A stretch of 64,000 nt of DNA, from positions 576,001-640,000 of the forward strand of contig CAXXWS020000003.1 in assembly GCA_963665325.3 (NCBI GenBank), written 5' to 3'. This DNA comes from Alphaproteobacteria bacterium (GTDB lineage Bacteria > Pseudomonadota > Alphaproteobacteria > Bin95). This document shows positions 32,302 through 43,025 of the stretch, piece after piece. Position 1 is the first letter of the stretch; each line of letters opens with the position of its first letter. A model generated the notes under the pieces. It was not told where the DNA came from, ran no database searches, and saw only the letters and a list, made by a program, of their open reading frames with translations. The translations under genes and the position numbers were made by a program.

Positions 32302-33528
32302 ATGTCTGTGTCGCCGGACGCTGCTGCGGAAAGAGCTTGCCCGCTGCTCCTGGGCAGCATGGCGCTTGCGGTGTTCCTGACCGTCACGGCGGTGGCGATG
32401 CTCGGGCCCCTGCTCGTGGACATGGCCGGGGCGCTCAGCGTCACGGTTCCCCTCGCGGGGCAGCTCGTCACGGCGGCCGCCGCGGTCTGGGCGGTGACGG
32501 CCCTGGTGGCGGGGCCGGTCTCCGACGCATACGGACGCAAGCCGGTGGTCCTTATCGGGCTTTGCTTCCTGGCGGCCGGGTCGCTCGGCATCGGGCTGGC
32601 TCCGACATTCGCCGCGGCAGTAGGCTTCAGCCTGCTGGTCGGGATCGGCGGCGGCATGGTGCCCCCGACATGCATCGCGCTTGTCGGAGACTTGATCGGG
32701 CACGGGCGCCAGCCCCGGTCCATCGCGATCCTGACCATGCAGCCCGGGATGAGCATCCTGCTGGGGGTCCCTCTGGCTGCCGTGCTCGGCGACTTCGCCG
32801 GCTGGCGCGTTCCCTTTCTGGCGCTGGGGCTGGTGTTGCTCCTGTCTGCACTGCTGCTCTTCGTGCTCGTGCCACACCGCCGGCCGCCGGCAAGGCGCGC
32901 GAGTCTGGCCGGACGGATGATGAGGGTCGCTGCATTTCGGGTCACCTGGTGCATGGCCGGCACGAATGTGCTGGCACGCGGCGCCTGGGGGGCGGTTCTT
33001 ACGTTCCTGCCGCCCTATCTGATCCTGACCTATGGCCTGCGAACTGGAGAGGTCGGGCTGCCCATGGCGGCTGTAGCCCTCTGGATGACCGCGGCGCCGC
33101 TGCTGGCCGGAAGGATAGGCCGCATGCGCAAGCGGCTCGGCGTTACGGCCGCCCTGCTGATGGCTGCTGCCGCACCGGCGCTGGGCATATTCTTCCTGGG
33201 CTGGGGAACCTGGTTCTCGGGGTCGGCGGCGGGCCTCTTCATGTTGCTGGTGGTTCCCGTCACCACCGTTCTCTCGATTTTGATCACCGAGAACGGGGGC
33301 GATTCCCGCGGCGCGCTCGCAGGCGTCATATCCAGCAGCAATTGGGGCGGCACTGCCATAGGCGCGGCGGTAGGAGGCGCGCTGATAGCGCATTTCGGCT
33401 ATGGCGCCCTGTCCTTCCTGCTGGCCGGCGCCGTGCTGGTGAGCGGCCTGCTCATGGCCTTCGTGGTGAACGAAAGGGCCATGGCGAGCCTCCGGGACCG
33501 TTTCTCTCCCCCGCCGGAGGGTGAATAG
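32302..33528 (+). CDS. MFS transporter
   Basis: About 12 hydrophobic segments; GPVSDAYGRKPV motif A. Confidence 0.9.
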   Translation: MSVSPDAAAERACPLLLGSMALAVFLTVTAVAMLGPLLVDMAGALSVTVPLAGQLVTAAAAVWAVTALVAGPVSDAYGRKPVVLIGLCFLAAGSLGIGLAPTFAAAVGFSLLVGIGGGMVPPTCIALVGDLIGHGRQPRSIAILTMQPGMSILLGVPLAAVLGDFAGWRVPFLALGLVLLLSALLLFVLVPHRRPPARRASLAGRMMRVAAFRVTWCMAGTNVLARGAWGAVLTFLPPYLILTYGLRTGEVGLPMAAVALWMTAAPLLAGRIGRMRKRLGVTAALLMAAAAPALGIFFLGWGTWFSGSAAGLFMLLVVPVTTVLSILITENGGDSRGALAGVISSSNWGGTAIGAAVGGALIAHFGYGALSFLLAGAVLVSGLLMAFVVNERAMASLRDRFSPPPEGE

Positions 33529-33650
33529 GGCTTCCGGGAAGCGCGCGCGAAACCGTATTTGCAGGACTGACCGGCAGCGTTTGAAATCCGGGCGGTTTCG
33601 GCGTATAGCCGCGCCTTCCCAGCAAGGCGCATAAAGCAAGGAGTAGGCTC

Positions 33651-35030
33651 ATGGGCGAAAATTGGACGCCCCGGACCTGGCGCGGCAAGCCGGCCCGGCA
33701 GATGCCCGTCTATGCCGACGAGGCTGCGCTCGCCGCCGCCGAGAAGAGCCTCGCCACCTGGCCGCCGCTCGTCTTCGCCGGCGAAGCCCGTAACCTCAAG
33801 GCAGACCTCGCCCGTGTAGCCCGGGGCGAAGCCTTTCTTCTCCAGGGCGGCGACTGCGCCGAGAGCTTCGCCGAGTTCCACGCCAACAATATCCGCGACA
33901 CCTTCAAGGTGCTGCTGCAGATGGCGGTGGTGCTGACCTACGGTGCAGCCTGCCCGGTGGTGAAGGTCGGGCGCATGGCCGGCCAGTTCGCCAAGCCGCG
34001 CTCGGCCCCGACCGAGTCCATGGACGGGGTGGAGCTGCCGAGCTACCGGGGCGACATCGTCAACGCCATGGGCTTCGACGGGCCGTCGCGCGAGCCGGAC
34101 CCCCAGCGGATGCTCCAGGCCTACACCCAGGCCTCGGCGACCTTGAACCTGCTCCGCGCCTTCGCCATGGGCGGCTTCGCCGACCTGCACCAGGTGCATC
34201 GCTGGAACCACGACTTCGTGCGCGAAGAACTGGGAGACCGATACCGCGACTTGGCGGACCGGCTCTCCGAAACGCTGGAATTCATCGCGGCCATCGGGCT
34301 CACCTCCGAAACGACGCCGCAGCTTCGCGAGACCTCCTTCTACACCTCGCACGAGGCGCTCTTGCTGCCTTGGGAAGAGGCACTGACCCGCGTGGACAGC
34401 CTGACGGGCGACTGGTACGACTGCTCGGCGCACATGCTCTGGATCGGCGATCGCACGCGCGATCCGGACGAGGCGCATGTCGAGTTCCTGCGCGGCGTCG
34501 GGAACCCTCTCGGCCTGAAATGCGGCCCGTCGCTGACCACCGACCATCTGAAGCGCCTGCTCTGGCAGCTCAACCCGGACAACGAGCCGGGCCGCCTCAC
34601 GCTTATCTGCCGCGTGGGCGCGGGCAATGTCGCGGAGCACCTGCCACGTCTGATTGAGACCGTGCAGGCCGAAGGGGCCGAGGTTGTGTGGTCCTGCGAC
34701 CCGATGCACGGCAATACGGTCAAGGCCACGGGCGGGCTCAAGACGCGGCCCTTCGGCTCCATTGTTTCGGAAGTCAGCGAGTTCTTCGCGGTCCACCGTG
34801 AACACGGCACCTGGCCGGGCGGCGTGCATTTCGAGATGACCGGGCAGGATGTGACCGAGTGCACCGGCGGCATGAGCGCGGTGACGGAGGCGGCCTTGCA
34901 GGACCGCTACCACACTCATTGCGACCCGAGGCTGAATGCCAGCCAGGCCCTGGAGCTCGCCTTTCTGATCGCCGAGCAGCTGAAGGAAGAGCGTACCGGC
35001 CGCGCCGTCCCCGCGATCGCCGCGGAATAA
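33651..35030 (+). CDS. Class II 3-deoxy-7-phosphoheptulonate (DAHP) synthase
   Basis: [30 protein letters not shown] and CDPRLN motifs. Confidence 0.97.
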   Translation: MGENWTPRTWRGKPARQMPVYADEAALAAAEKSLATWPPLVFAGEARNLKADLARVARGEAFLLQGGDCAESFAEFHANNIRDTFKVLLQMAVVLTYGAACPVVKVGRMAGQFAKPRSAPTESMDGVELPSYRGDIVNAMGFDGPSREPDPQRMLQAYTQASATLNLLRAFAMGGFADLHQVHRWNHDFVREELGDRYRDLADRLSETLEFIAAIGLTSETTPQLRETSFYTSHEALLLPWEEALTRVDSLTGDWYDCSAHMLWIGDRTRDPDEAHVEFLRGVGNPLGLKCGPSLTTDHLKRLLWQLNPDNEPGRLTLICRVGAGNVAEHLPRLIETVQAEGAEVVWSCDPMHGNTVKATGGLKTRPFGSIVSEVSEFFAVHREHGTWPGGVHFEMTGQDVTECTGGMSAVTEAALQDRYHTHCDPRLNASQALELAFLIAEQLKEERTGRAVPAIAAE

Positions 35031-35033
35031 ACG

Positions 35034-36170
35034 ATGGACGGCACCCTGCCGCACCCGGACGCCGAGGACGTCCCGCACTATACGGACGCCTATTTCTCCA
35101 AGAGCAAGGCGGTCGTTGAGCGGTTCGGCGATGTGCGCGTCACCTATGCGGTGTTCATGCGCCGCCCCGTCGTGTCTGCCGCCCGGCTCACCGTCGACTG
35201 GTTGAAAGCCGTTGCGTCCGCGCGCGGCACGGCCTTCGACCTTGACGAGCGCTATGACGAGGGCGTGTCGGTCGGCGCCGGCGATCCGCTGCTCTATATT
35301 TCCGGGCCGCTGCACCACCTGATCGACCTGGAGACGCTCTACCTCCAGAAACTGGGTTCTGCCTGCGTCGCCGCCTACAACGCGCGGGCGATGTGCATGG
35401 CGCTGCCGGGGGTCGGTTTCCTCGCCATGGACGCGCGCCACTGCGCCGGCACCGACATGGCCGAGATCATGGCCTATGCTGCAAGCGTCGGGTCCGCTGC
35501 CGCCAGGCGGGAGGCGGGGGCAGTCGGCTTCATCGGCAATGCGACCGACGCGACGGCGCATTTCTTCGGCGCCGACCGGGGGCTCGGCACCATGCCGCAC
35601 GGGCTGATCGGCTATGCCGGCTCCACCCTGCGCGCGGCGGAGATGTTCGCCGAGACCTTCCCCGACGAGCCGCTCACCGTCGTCACGGACTATTACGGGG
35701 CCGAGACGTCGGATGCGGTCGCGGTCTGCCAGCGCTTCCCCGAGCGGGCGGCCGAGGGACGGGTCGCCATCCGCCTCGACACCCATGGCGGTCGCTATGC
35801 CGAAGGGCTGGATCTCCAGAAGTCATACGAGGTGCTCGACCGTAATGCGCCGCAGGCCATACGCGACTACCGCACGGAAGGCGAACTGCGCCACCTGGTC
35901 GGAACGGGCGTGACGGCCGCCGCGATTTGGCATCTGCGCGAGACGCTGGATGCCGCCGGCTTCCCGAAGACGAAGATCACCGCGTCCTCCGGCTTCACCG
36001 CCGGCAAGTGCCGCGTCATGGGGCTGGCCAATGCGCCGGTGGATACCATCGGCACGGGCTCCTACCTTCCCGACCAGTGGTCGGAGACCTACGCCACGGC
36101 CGATATCGTCGAGTATGACGGCAAGCCGAGCGTCAAGGTCGGCCGCGAATTCCTGCTGAGGCGCCGGTGA
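35034..36170 (+). CDS. Nicotinate phosphoribosyltransferase-like protein
   Basis: YTDAYF, GTMPH, RLDT, SSGF and IGTGS motifs; coupled to nadE. Confidence 0.82.
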   Translation: MDGTLPHPDAEDVPHYTDAYFSKSKAVVERFGDVRVTYAVFMRRPVVSAARLTVDWLKAVASARGTAFDLDERYDEGVSVGAGDPLLYISGPLHHLIDLETLYLQKLGSACVAAYNARAMCMALPGVGFLAMDARHCAGTDMAEIMAYAASVGSAAARREAGAVGFIGNATDATAHFFGADRGLGTMPHGLIGYAGSTLRAAEMFAETFPDEPLTVVTDYYGAETSDAVAVCQRFPERAAEGRVAIRLDTHGGRYAEGLDLQKSYEVLDRNAPQAIRDYRTEGELRHLVGTGVTAAAIWHLRETLDAAGFPKTKITASSGFTAGKCRVMGLANAPVDTIGTGSYLPDQWSETYATADIVEYDGKPSVKVGREFLLRRR

Positions 36171-37822
36171 CCGACCGGCTCGCAATTGCCATCGCCCAGA
36201 TCAATCCGACCGTGGGCGATGTCGCCGGCAATGCGGACCGCATCCGGCATGCGCGCGCCGAGGCCGGCAGCGCCGACCTCGTGGTCTTCCCGGAACTGGT
36301 GCTGTCCGGCTACCCGCCGGAGGATCTGGTGCTGAAACCTGCCTTCCAGGATGGCTGCCGTGACGCTTGCGAGGCGCTGGCGAAAGAGACTGCCGATGGC
36401 GGGCCGGCCCTGCTGGTTGGCCTGCCCTGGCGGGAGAACGGGCGGCTCTACAATGCCGTCGCGCTACTCGACGGCGGCGAGGTCGCGGCCGTCCGCCACA
36501 AGGCGCTGCTGCCGAATTACGGCGTATTCGACGAGAAGCGCGTGTTCGACGCGGGCGAGATGCCGGGGCCGGTCTCCTTCCGCGATGTGCGCATCGGTGT
36601 GCCGATTTGCGAAGACATCTGGCAGCCCTCGGTGGTTGAGTGCCTGGAGGAGAACGGCGCCGAAATGCTGCTGGTGCCGAACGGCTCGCCCTTCGAGGCG
36701 ACCAAGGACGATGTCCGGCTGAATATCGCCGTCGAACGCGTGGTGGAGAGCGGCCTGCCGCTTGCCTACGTCAACCAGGTGGGCGGCCAGGACGAGCTGG
36801 TGTTCGACGGCGCCTCCTTCGTGCTCGGGCGCGACCGGGCGCTTAGGGCGCAGCTGCCTTCATGGGTCGAGAGCGTGGCGCTCACCCGCTGGGAACGCGG
36901 CGCGGACGGCATGGAATGCGTCGGCGGCCCGATGGCGGAGGGCGGGGACGACCTCGCCGACATCTATGCCGCGATGATGCTGGGGCTCCGCGACTATGTG
37001 AACAAGAACCGCTTTCCGGGCGTTGTGCTGGGCCTTTCCGGCGGCATCGACTCGGCGCTCTCGGCGGCGGTGGCGGTGGATGCGCTGGGCGCGGATCGGG
37101 TGCGCTGCGTGATGATGCCCTCGCCCTACACCTCGCAGGCCTCGCTGGACGATGCGCTGGAGGCGGTCACGGCGCTTGGCGCCTCCTACGAGACGATCTC
37201 GATCGAACCGGCGATGGGTGCATTCGGCGCCATGCTGGCCGGCGCCTTCGGCAATCGCGGCGAGGACACGACGGAGGAGAACATCCAGGCCCGCGCGCGC
37301 GGCCTTACCCTGATGGCGCTCTCCAACAAGTTCGGCCACATGGTGCTCTCGACAGGCAACAAGTCGGAAATGTCGGTCGGCTACGCGACCCTCTACGGGG
37401 ACATGTGCGGCGGCTACAACGTGCTGAAGGACGTGTACAAGACGACCGTCTTCGCGCTCTCCGAGTGGCGCAACCGCAACCGCCCCGAAGGCGCGCTGGG
37501 GCCGGCCGGCCGCGTGGTGCCGCAGAACATCATCGACAAGCCGCCCTCCGCGGAACTCCGCCCCGACCAGACCGACCAGGACAGCCTGCCGCCCTACGAC
37601 GCGCTCGACGACATTCTGGAATGCCTGATCGAGGACGAGCTTTCAGTGGCCGAGATCGCCGCGCGCGGGCATGCGGTCGAGACCGTGGAGCGAGTCTGGC
37701 GGATGCTCGACATCGCGGAATACAAGCGCCGCCAGGCGCCGCCCGGCGTCAAGCTTACCCGCCGCGCCTTCGGCCGCGACCGCCGCTATCCCATCGTCAA
37801 CGGCTATCGGGGCCGGGTGTAG
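36167..37822 (+). CDS. nadE: Glutamine-dependent NAD+ synthetase
   Basis: Nitrilase domain (FPEL, K, ICED) plus SGGIDS, TGNKSE and YKRRQAPPG. Confidence 0.97.
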   Translation: MTDRLAIAIAQINPTVGDVAGNADRIRHARAEAGSADLVVFPELVLSGYPPEDLVLKPAFQDGCRDACEALAKETADGGPALLVGLPWRENGRLYNAVALLDGGEVAAVRHKALLPNYGVFDEKRVFDAGEMPGPVSFRDVRIGVPICEDIWQPSVVECLEENGAEMLLVPNGSPFEATKDDVRLNIAVERVVESGLPLAYVNQVGGQDELVFDGASFVLGRDRALRAQLPSWVESVALTRWERGADGMECVGGPMAEGGDDLADIYAAMMLGLRDYVNKNRFPGVVLGLSGGIDSALSAAVAVDALGADRVRCVMMPSPYTSQASLDDALEAVTALGASYETISIEPAMGAFGAMLAGAFGNRGEDTTEENIQARARGLTLMALSNKFGHMVLSTGNKSEMSVGYATLYGDMCGGYNVLKDVYKTTVFALSEWRNRNRPEGALGPAGRVVPQNIIDKPPSAELRPDQTDQDSLPPYDALDDILECLIEDELSVAEIAARGHAVETVERVWRMLDIAEYKRRQAPPGVKLTRRAFGRDRRYPIVNGYRGRV

Positions 37823-37896
37823 GCGCGGGGCCCCGCCCCCGCCGGGGCCCGGCTCAGCATTCCACCACAGCCGCGCCCGGGAAAAAGGCTCCCTGA

Positions 37897-38110
37897 CCGT
37901 CATCCCCTATCGGAAGAACACGCAAGAGCAGGCCAAAGTGGTTCGCAAGGGCCCTCTACCGGGCGGCGGACCTGCGTCGGACAGGCCGTCGGCAAGCTCA
38001 AACGCTTCAAGCGCATTGCACTGCGCTGCGAAAAAACTCTCACAAACTTCAGTGCCATCGTCGCTCTCGCGGCCGCCTTCATTTTGATCAAATCCGTCCA
38101 CAGGACCTGA
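37897..38110 (+). pseudogene. IS5-family transposase 3' remnant with probable right end
   Basis: Frameshifted VIPYRKN...QAVGKLKRFKRIALRCEKTLTNFSAIVALAAAFILIKSVHRT*. Confidence 0.8.
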
Positions 38111-38205
38111 TCTTTAAGGCTTCGTTTAATTCAGAGACGTTCGGAGTTTTGTGGCACGTTGACATCCTTCCCGTCCTGCACGATGGGGCATGCCGCGCAA
38201 TCCGG

Positions 38206-38592
38206 TCACCACAGACGAATGACGCCGAAGCCGTCGAATACGGAATCGACCGAGACGATCGGGACGTCGCGCGCCAGAGCCTGTGCGGCAAGCATCCGGT
38301 CGAACGGGTCGCGATGAGAACCGGGCAGGCGCCCGGCGCGCTCGGCGTCTGCAACGCCGAGCGCCAACTCTTCGAACCCCTGTCCGGCAATGTGAGATGC
38401 GACATCGAGCGCCACGGCCTCGCACCCCGGCAGTTTGCCGATCCGGAACTTGGTGGCGATTTCCCAGGCGGACGCTGCGCTGACCGTGATGTCATTCGAC
38501 TCATCCGCGATCGCGCCGCGCGCCGGTTCCGAAAGACGCGCGCTGTCCGCGAGCCACCAGAGAAAGGCATGGGTGTCCAGAAGCACCTGCAC
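38206..38592 (-). CDS. vapC: VapC (PIN domain) toxin
   Basis: LLDTHAFLWW, SAASAWEIATK and HRDPFDRML.AQA; GTG start. Confidence 0.94.
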   Translation of the reverse strand: MQVLLDTHAFLWWLADSARLSEPARGAIADESNDITVSAASAWEIATKFRIGKLPGCEAVALDVASHIAGQGFEELALGVADAERAGRLPGSHRDPFDRMLAAQALARDVPIVSVDSVFDGFGVIRLW

Positions 38593-38594
38593 CG

Positions 38595-38828
38595 CTATCC
38601 GGATTCCCATGCCGCCAGCTCTTTCTCCGGCAGCGGATCGAAGAAGGCATCGGGAACGACCAGCTTCCCCTTGAGGATGTCGGGCTGCCGCTTCACTCGG
38701 GCCTTGCAGGCGACGAGACGCGCGACGGGTTCGCCGCGACGCGCGATCACCACGTCCTCGCCGGCCTCGACCCACGCCAACAACCGGGAAAGCTCGGTTT
38801 TCGCCTGATGAACATTGACGACGCGCAT
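38595..38828 (-). CDS. Phd/YefM family antitoxin
   Basis: VNVHQAKTELSRLL..VEAGEDVVIARRGEPVARL. Confidence 0.93.
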   Translation of the reverse strand: MRVVNVHQAKTELSRLLAWVEAGEDVVIARRGEPVARLVACKARVKRQPDILKGKLVVPDAFFDPLPEKELAAWESG

Positions 38829-38851
38829 CGACTTTCACCGCCCTTCAGCAT

Positions 38852-38890
38852 ATCTAGCTAACATTATGGCTAGATTTTCGTCCGCGTCAA
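38852..38890 (-). promoter_or_regulatory. TA promoter with operator dyad
   Basis: Minus-strand TTGACG-16 nt-CATAAT; ATCTAGC..GCTAGAT dyad (38852-38875) straddles the -10. Confidence 0.7.
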
Positions 38891-39056
38891 CATGGCTGTG
38901 CCACTAAACTCCGAACGACTCTGTTTAATTCGGCGAATAGTCTGTCGCCCGCTTTGTCTTTCTTGCGTCCGGATATCTACAAAGTCGAAGTATTGAAGAG
39001 TGCGCAGGCTGGTCGGCTCTCGGCCGCGGGTCAATCGAAACGCGGCTGCCATTGCA

Positions 39057-40646
39057 TCACTCGATCCGGAAGCCTTCATAGCCGGCGGCGGCCACGGCGT
39101 CGCACTTCTCGATATAGGCGGGGAGGCCGCCGATATAGGGCATGAAGACGCGCGGCTTGCCGGGCACGTTGGCGCCGATATACCAGCTCGAACAGGTGGA
39201 GCGCAGCGAGAGCGAGGCGGTCTCGCTGGCATGTTCCACCCAGGCGTCCTGGGCCTCCGGTTCCGCCTCCATCCGCCGGGCGCCCCGCTCATTCATTGCG
39301 GCAAGGCAGTCGGCGATCCAGTCCACATGCTGCTCGATCGAGGGCAGCATGTTGGTCAGCACCGAGGGGCTGCCGGGGCCGGTGACGGTAAACAGGTTGG
39401 GGAAGCCGGCGACCGTGAGGCCGAGATAGGTGCGCGGCCCCTCTTCCCAGGCGTCGCGCAGCCGGCGCCCGCCCGCGCCGCGAATGTCGATGCGCTCCAG
39501 CGCGCCCGTCATGGCGTCGAAGCCGGTGGCGAACACGATGGCGTCCGCCGGCCACTCCCGCCCGTGCGCGCGCACGCCGCCCGGCGCGATCGCCTCTATG
39601 GGACGTTCCGAGACGTCCACCAGCTCGACATTCGGCCGGTTGAAGGTTGCGTAATAGCCGGTATCCACGCAGAGCCGCTTGCAGCCGATGATGTTGGTCG
39701 GCGCGAGCAGCCGGGCGGTCTCCGGGTCGTCCACGATGTCCGCGATCTTGGCGCGCACGAAATCGGCCGCCGTGCGGTTAGCCTCCTCCTTGAACAGGAG
39801 GTCGGCGAAGCAGCCGAGGAAGGACAGCCCGCCATGCGCCCAGCGCCGCTCGAATTCGGCTTTGCGCTCTTCTTCCGGGGTCCTGAGCGCGTGCAGGGGC
39901 CGGTAGTCGAGGTCGATCCCGGACGGCATCGAACGCGCGCGGGCGCGGAGCTCCGGATAGTCCGCCTTCACCGCCGCCACGAAGTCCGGCGGGAGCGGGC
40001 GGTTATGCGCCGGGATGGAATAATTGGCCGTGCGCTGGAACACGGTCAGATGGCTGGCCTCGCGGGCCAGGATGGGGATCGACTGGATCGCGGAGGAGCC
40101 GGTGCCGATCACCGCCACGCGCTTGCCGGCGAGGTCGACGCCCTCATGCGGCCAATGGCCGGTGTGGTAGGTGGGTCCCGCGAAGCTGTCGCGGCCCTCG
40201 AAATTGGGCAGGTTGGCGGCCGAGAGGCAACCGAGCGCCATGACGCACCAGCGCGCCCGGAAGCACGTGCCCGCCTCGGTCTCCAGCTCCCAGCGGGCAT
40301 CCGACTCGTCGAAGGCGGCCGTCACGACCCTCGTGTCGAAGCGGATGTCGCGCCTCAGGTCGAAGCGGTCGGCCACATGGTTGGCGTATGCCAGGATTTC
40401 CGGCTGCGCGGCGTAGCGCTCGGTCCAGGTCCACTCCTGCTGCAGGACCGCATCGAACTGGTAAGAATATTGGACGCTCTCCACGTCGCAGCGCGCACCG
40501 GGATAGCGGTTCCAGTACCAGGTGCCGCCGACATCGCCGCCGGCCTCCAGCACGACCGCCCGCATGCCGAGCCCGCGCAGCCGGTGCAGCATGTACATGC
40601 CGGCCAAGCCCGCGCCGACCACGATGGCGTCGAATTCCTCCGCCAA
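39057..40646 (-). CDS. Baeyer-Villiger monooxygenase (cyclohexanone monooxygenase family)
   Basis: GAGLAG, GGTWYWNRYPGARCD, FAGPTYHTGHWP fingerprint and GTGSS; TTG start. Confidence 0.95.
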   Translation of the reverse strand: MAEEFDAIVVGAGLAGMYMLHRLRGLGMRAVVLEAGGDVGGTWYWNRYPGARCDVESVQYSYQFDAVLQQEWTWTERYAAQPEILAYANHVADRFDLRRDIRFDTRVVTAAFDESDARWELETEAGTCFRARWCVMALGCLSAANLPNFEGRDSFAGPTYHTGHWPHEGVDLAGKRVAVIGTGSSAIQSIPILAREASHLTVFQRTANYSIPAHNRPLPPDFVAAVKADYPELRARARSMPSGIDLDYRPLHALRTPEEERKAEFERRWAHGGLSFLGCFADLLFKEEANRTAADFVRAKIADIVDDPETARLLAPTNIIGCKRLCVDTGYYATFNRPNVELVDVSERPIEAIAPGGVRAHGREWPADAIVFATGFDAMTGALERIDIRGAGGRRLRDAWEEGPRTYLGLTVAGFPNLFTVTGPGSPSVLTNMLPSIEQHVDWIADCLAAMNERGARRMEAEPEAQDAWVEHASETASLSLRSTCSSWYIGANVPGKPRVFMPYIGGLPAYIEKCDAVAAAGYEGFRIE

Positions 40647-40672
40647 ATCCCCGTTCCCCCTCGCTCCCGGCC

Positions 40673-41278
40673 TCAGGCGTCCGCCGTCCACAGGCACCAG
40701 ACGGCGAGCAGCGGCGTTTCGCCCGTGCGCATGGCGTGCCAGGCATAGGGCGGGTTGTGCTGGATGCTGCCCGCCGGCCGTGGTCGCCAGCCCAGGTCCT
40801 CGCGCCACCAGTCGCCGGGCGCGAGCACGAAATAGAGCTCCTCCGGCGGGTGGTTGTGCTTCACATAGTCGGTGTGCGGGGCGACGAGGCTGACGCCGAT
40901 TCGCACGTCCTCGCGCCGTTCCAGCCCGTCGGCGCCCGCCACCACAGCGTTGGCATGGGCGTCCCGAAAGGCGGGATCGCCGTCCTCGCTGCCGAGCCTG
41001 GGACCCCAGGCAAGCCGGGGTTCCATCGCCCGGAGGGCGCCCGCCACATGCTGCACCGGCTCCGGCCCCCGCGCGGCGAGCGCGAAAGCCTCGTCCAGCG
41101 CATCGGCGGGGGTTGGACGCTTCGGGCGCACCCCTTCGGGAGGCGGCCTGCCCGGCGTATCCAGCGCGCCGAATATGCGCTCCGCGAGCGCAGCTTCCGA
41201 ACCGCCCGGCGGCGCGGCCTCGCGCACGGCGCGGCCGAGCGCACGGACGAAATGGTCGAGATCGGCTGCCCTGATCAT
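40673..41278 (-). CDS. DMSP-lyase-family cupin protein
   Basis: Y..HNHPPEELY.VL..G.W and QHNPP..WHAMR....PLLA.W motifs. Confidence 0.75.
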   Translation of the reverse strand: MIRAADLDHFVRALGRAVREAAPPGGSEAALAERIFGALDTPGRPPPEGVRPKRPTPADALDEAFALAARGPEPVQHVAGALRAMEPRLAWGPRLGSEDGDPAFRDAHANAVVAGADGLERREDVRIGVSLVAPHTDYVKHNHPPEELYFVLAPGDWWREDLGWRPRPAGSIQHNPPYAWHAMRTGETPLLAVWCLWTADA

Positions 41279-41300
41279 CGCCGAAACATCCCCCTCGCCG

Positions 41301-43022
41301 TCATGCCGCCTGCGGGCCGCGCAGCAGACGGCCGGGCATGGCGCCCGTCGCTTCGCCCTGCTCGTAGGTCGCCTCGCCGGAGACGAAGGTCGCGACATAG
41401 CCGTTGGCCCGCTGCACCAAGCGGCGCCCGCCGGCCGGCAGGTCGTGCACCATCACCGGCGCATGCAGGTGGAGCGCATCAAAATCGACCAGGTTGAGGT
41501 CCGCCTTGTAGCCCGCGCGCAGGAGGCCTCGGTCGTTCAGCCCGTAGGCCTCGGCCGTGCCCCGCGTCTGGAGCTGGACCGCATGTTCGAGCGCCAATCG
41601 CGGCCCCCGCTGCCGGTCGCGCGCCCAGTAGCTCAGCATGTAGGTGGGCGAGCTGGCGTCGCAGATGAGCCCGCAATGCGCGCCGCCGTCCGAGAGGCTC
41701 AGCATGGACAGCGGATGCTCCAGAACCGTGCGCAGCATCTCGAAATCGCCGTCGGCATAGCCCAGCAGCGGGAAGTAGATCAGCGCCCGGCCCTCGTCGG
41801 CCAGCATCGCGTCGAGCAAGGTCGCACGGGGATCGCCCGTGCCCGCCAGCCCGGCAATGCTGCGCTCTGCCGGCGGTTCGTAATCGGGCGGGTCGCCCAG
41901 CGGGAACATGCCGGCGAAATGGTTGAACACATAGCCGTCGAATTTGCCCTGCCGGGTGGACTCCTCCGCCAGAAGCCGCGCGCGCACCTCCGGGTCGGAG
42001 AGGCGGGCGACACGCTCCGCCAACGGCAGATGCGCGATCTCCATATAGGTCGGATGGCCCATGAAGGGGTGCATGCTGCTGTCGAAGCCCATCAGCATCC
42101 CGGCCGGGCGGGCACTCACCTGCATCCGGAGCCTGGCACCCTCGGCGACGGCCGCCTCGGTCCAGTCGAGGATGCGCCGCCAGTCCCCGGGGCTGCGGTC
42201 GGACTGAGCGAGGATGAAGGAGACCGGCAGCCCGGTCTCGCACGAGAGGTCGCGCATCCACACCACATCGTCGCGGAAGCGCCCGTCCATGCCGCCGATG
42301 CCGAAATCGGTCGCGATCTCGAACACGCCGTGGCCGGCCCGCCCGCAGGCGCGGCCGATTCCCATAAGCTCGTCATGGCCGGCGAAGGTGCCGGGCACCG
42401 GCTCGCCGTCGATGGAGCGGTGCAGCATGGTGCGGGAGGAGGAGAAGCCGAGCGCGCCCGTGCGGAGCCCCTCCTCGACGATGCCGGACATGACGGCGAT
42501 ATCGTCCTCGGTCGGATCCTCGTTGGCCGCGCCCCGCTCGCCCATCGCATAGGCCCGGACCGCGCCGTGCGGCACCTGGGTGCCGATGTCGAGGGCGTGC
42601 GGCATGGCCTCCAGCGCGTCGAGATATTCCGGGAAGGTCTCCCAATTCCAGCTCATGCCCTCGGAGAGCGCGGTGCCGGGAATGTCCTCGACGCCCTCCA
42701 TCAGGCCGATCAGCCAATCGTGGCGGTCGGGCGCGGCGGGCGCGAAGCCGACGCCGCAATTGCCCATCACCGCGGTGGTGACGCCGTGCCAGCCCGAGGG
42801 CGAAAGCCACGGGTCCCAGGTCGCCTGGCCGTCGTAATGCGTGTGGACATCGACGAATCCTGGCACGGTCAGCAGGCCGTCCGCGTCGATCTCGCGCCGG
42901 CCCGGCCCCGCCTTGCCGCCCGCCTGGACGAAGCGTCCGTCCTCAATGGCGATATCGCCGGTGAAGGCGGGTTCTCCGGACCCGTCGACGATGCGCGCGC
43001 CGCGAATGACCATGTCGTGCAT
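41301..43022 (-). CDS. N-acyl-D-amino-acid deacylase family amidohydrolase
   Basis: [20 protein letters not shown] and SDGGAH motifs. Confidence 0.92.
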   Translation of the reverse strand: MHDMVIRGARIVDGSGEPAFTGDIAIEDGRFVQAGGKAGPGRREIDADGLLTVPGFVDVHTHYDGQATWDPWLSPSGWHGVTTAVMGNCGVGFAPAAPDRHDWLIGLMEGVEDIPGTALSEGMSWNWETFPEYLDALEAMPHALDIGTQVPHGAVRAYAMGERGAANEDPTEDDIAVMSGIVEEGLRTGALGFSSSRTMLHRSIDGEPVPGTFAGHDELMGIGRACGRAGHGVFEIATDFGIGGMDGRFRDDVVWMRDLSCETGLPVSFILAQSDRSPGDWRRILDWTEAAVAEGARLRMQVSARPAGMLMGFDSSMHPFMGHPTYMEIAHLPLAERVARLSDPEVRARLLAEESTRQGKFDGYVFNHFAGMFPLGDPPDYEPPAERSIAGLAGTGDPRATLLDAMLADEGRALIYFPLLGYADGDFEMLRTVLEHPLSMLSLSDGGAHCGLICDASSPTYMLSYWARDRQRGPRLALEHAVQLQTRGTAEAYGLNDRGLLRAGYKADLNLVDFDALHLHAPVMVHDLPAGGRRLVQRANGYVATFVSGEATYEQGEATGAMPGRLLRGPQAA

Positions 43023-43025
43023 GGC

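Larger units (their letters stand above)
38132..38923. mobile_element. Non-autonomous TIR cassette carrying a Phd/VapC TA operon
   Basis: TIRs 38132-38157 and 38898-38923 match at 24/26; TTTAATT duplicated at 38125-38131 and 38924-38930. Confidence 0.85.
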
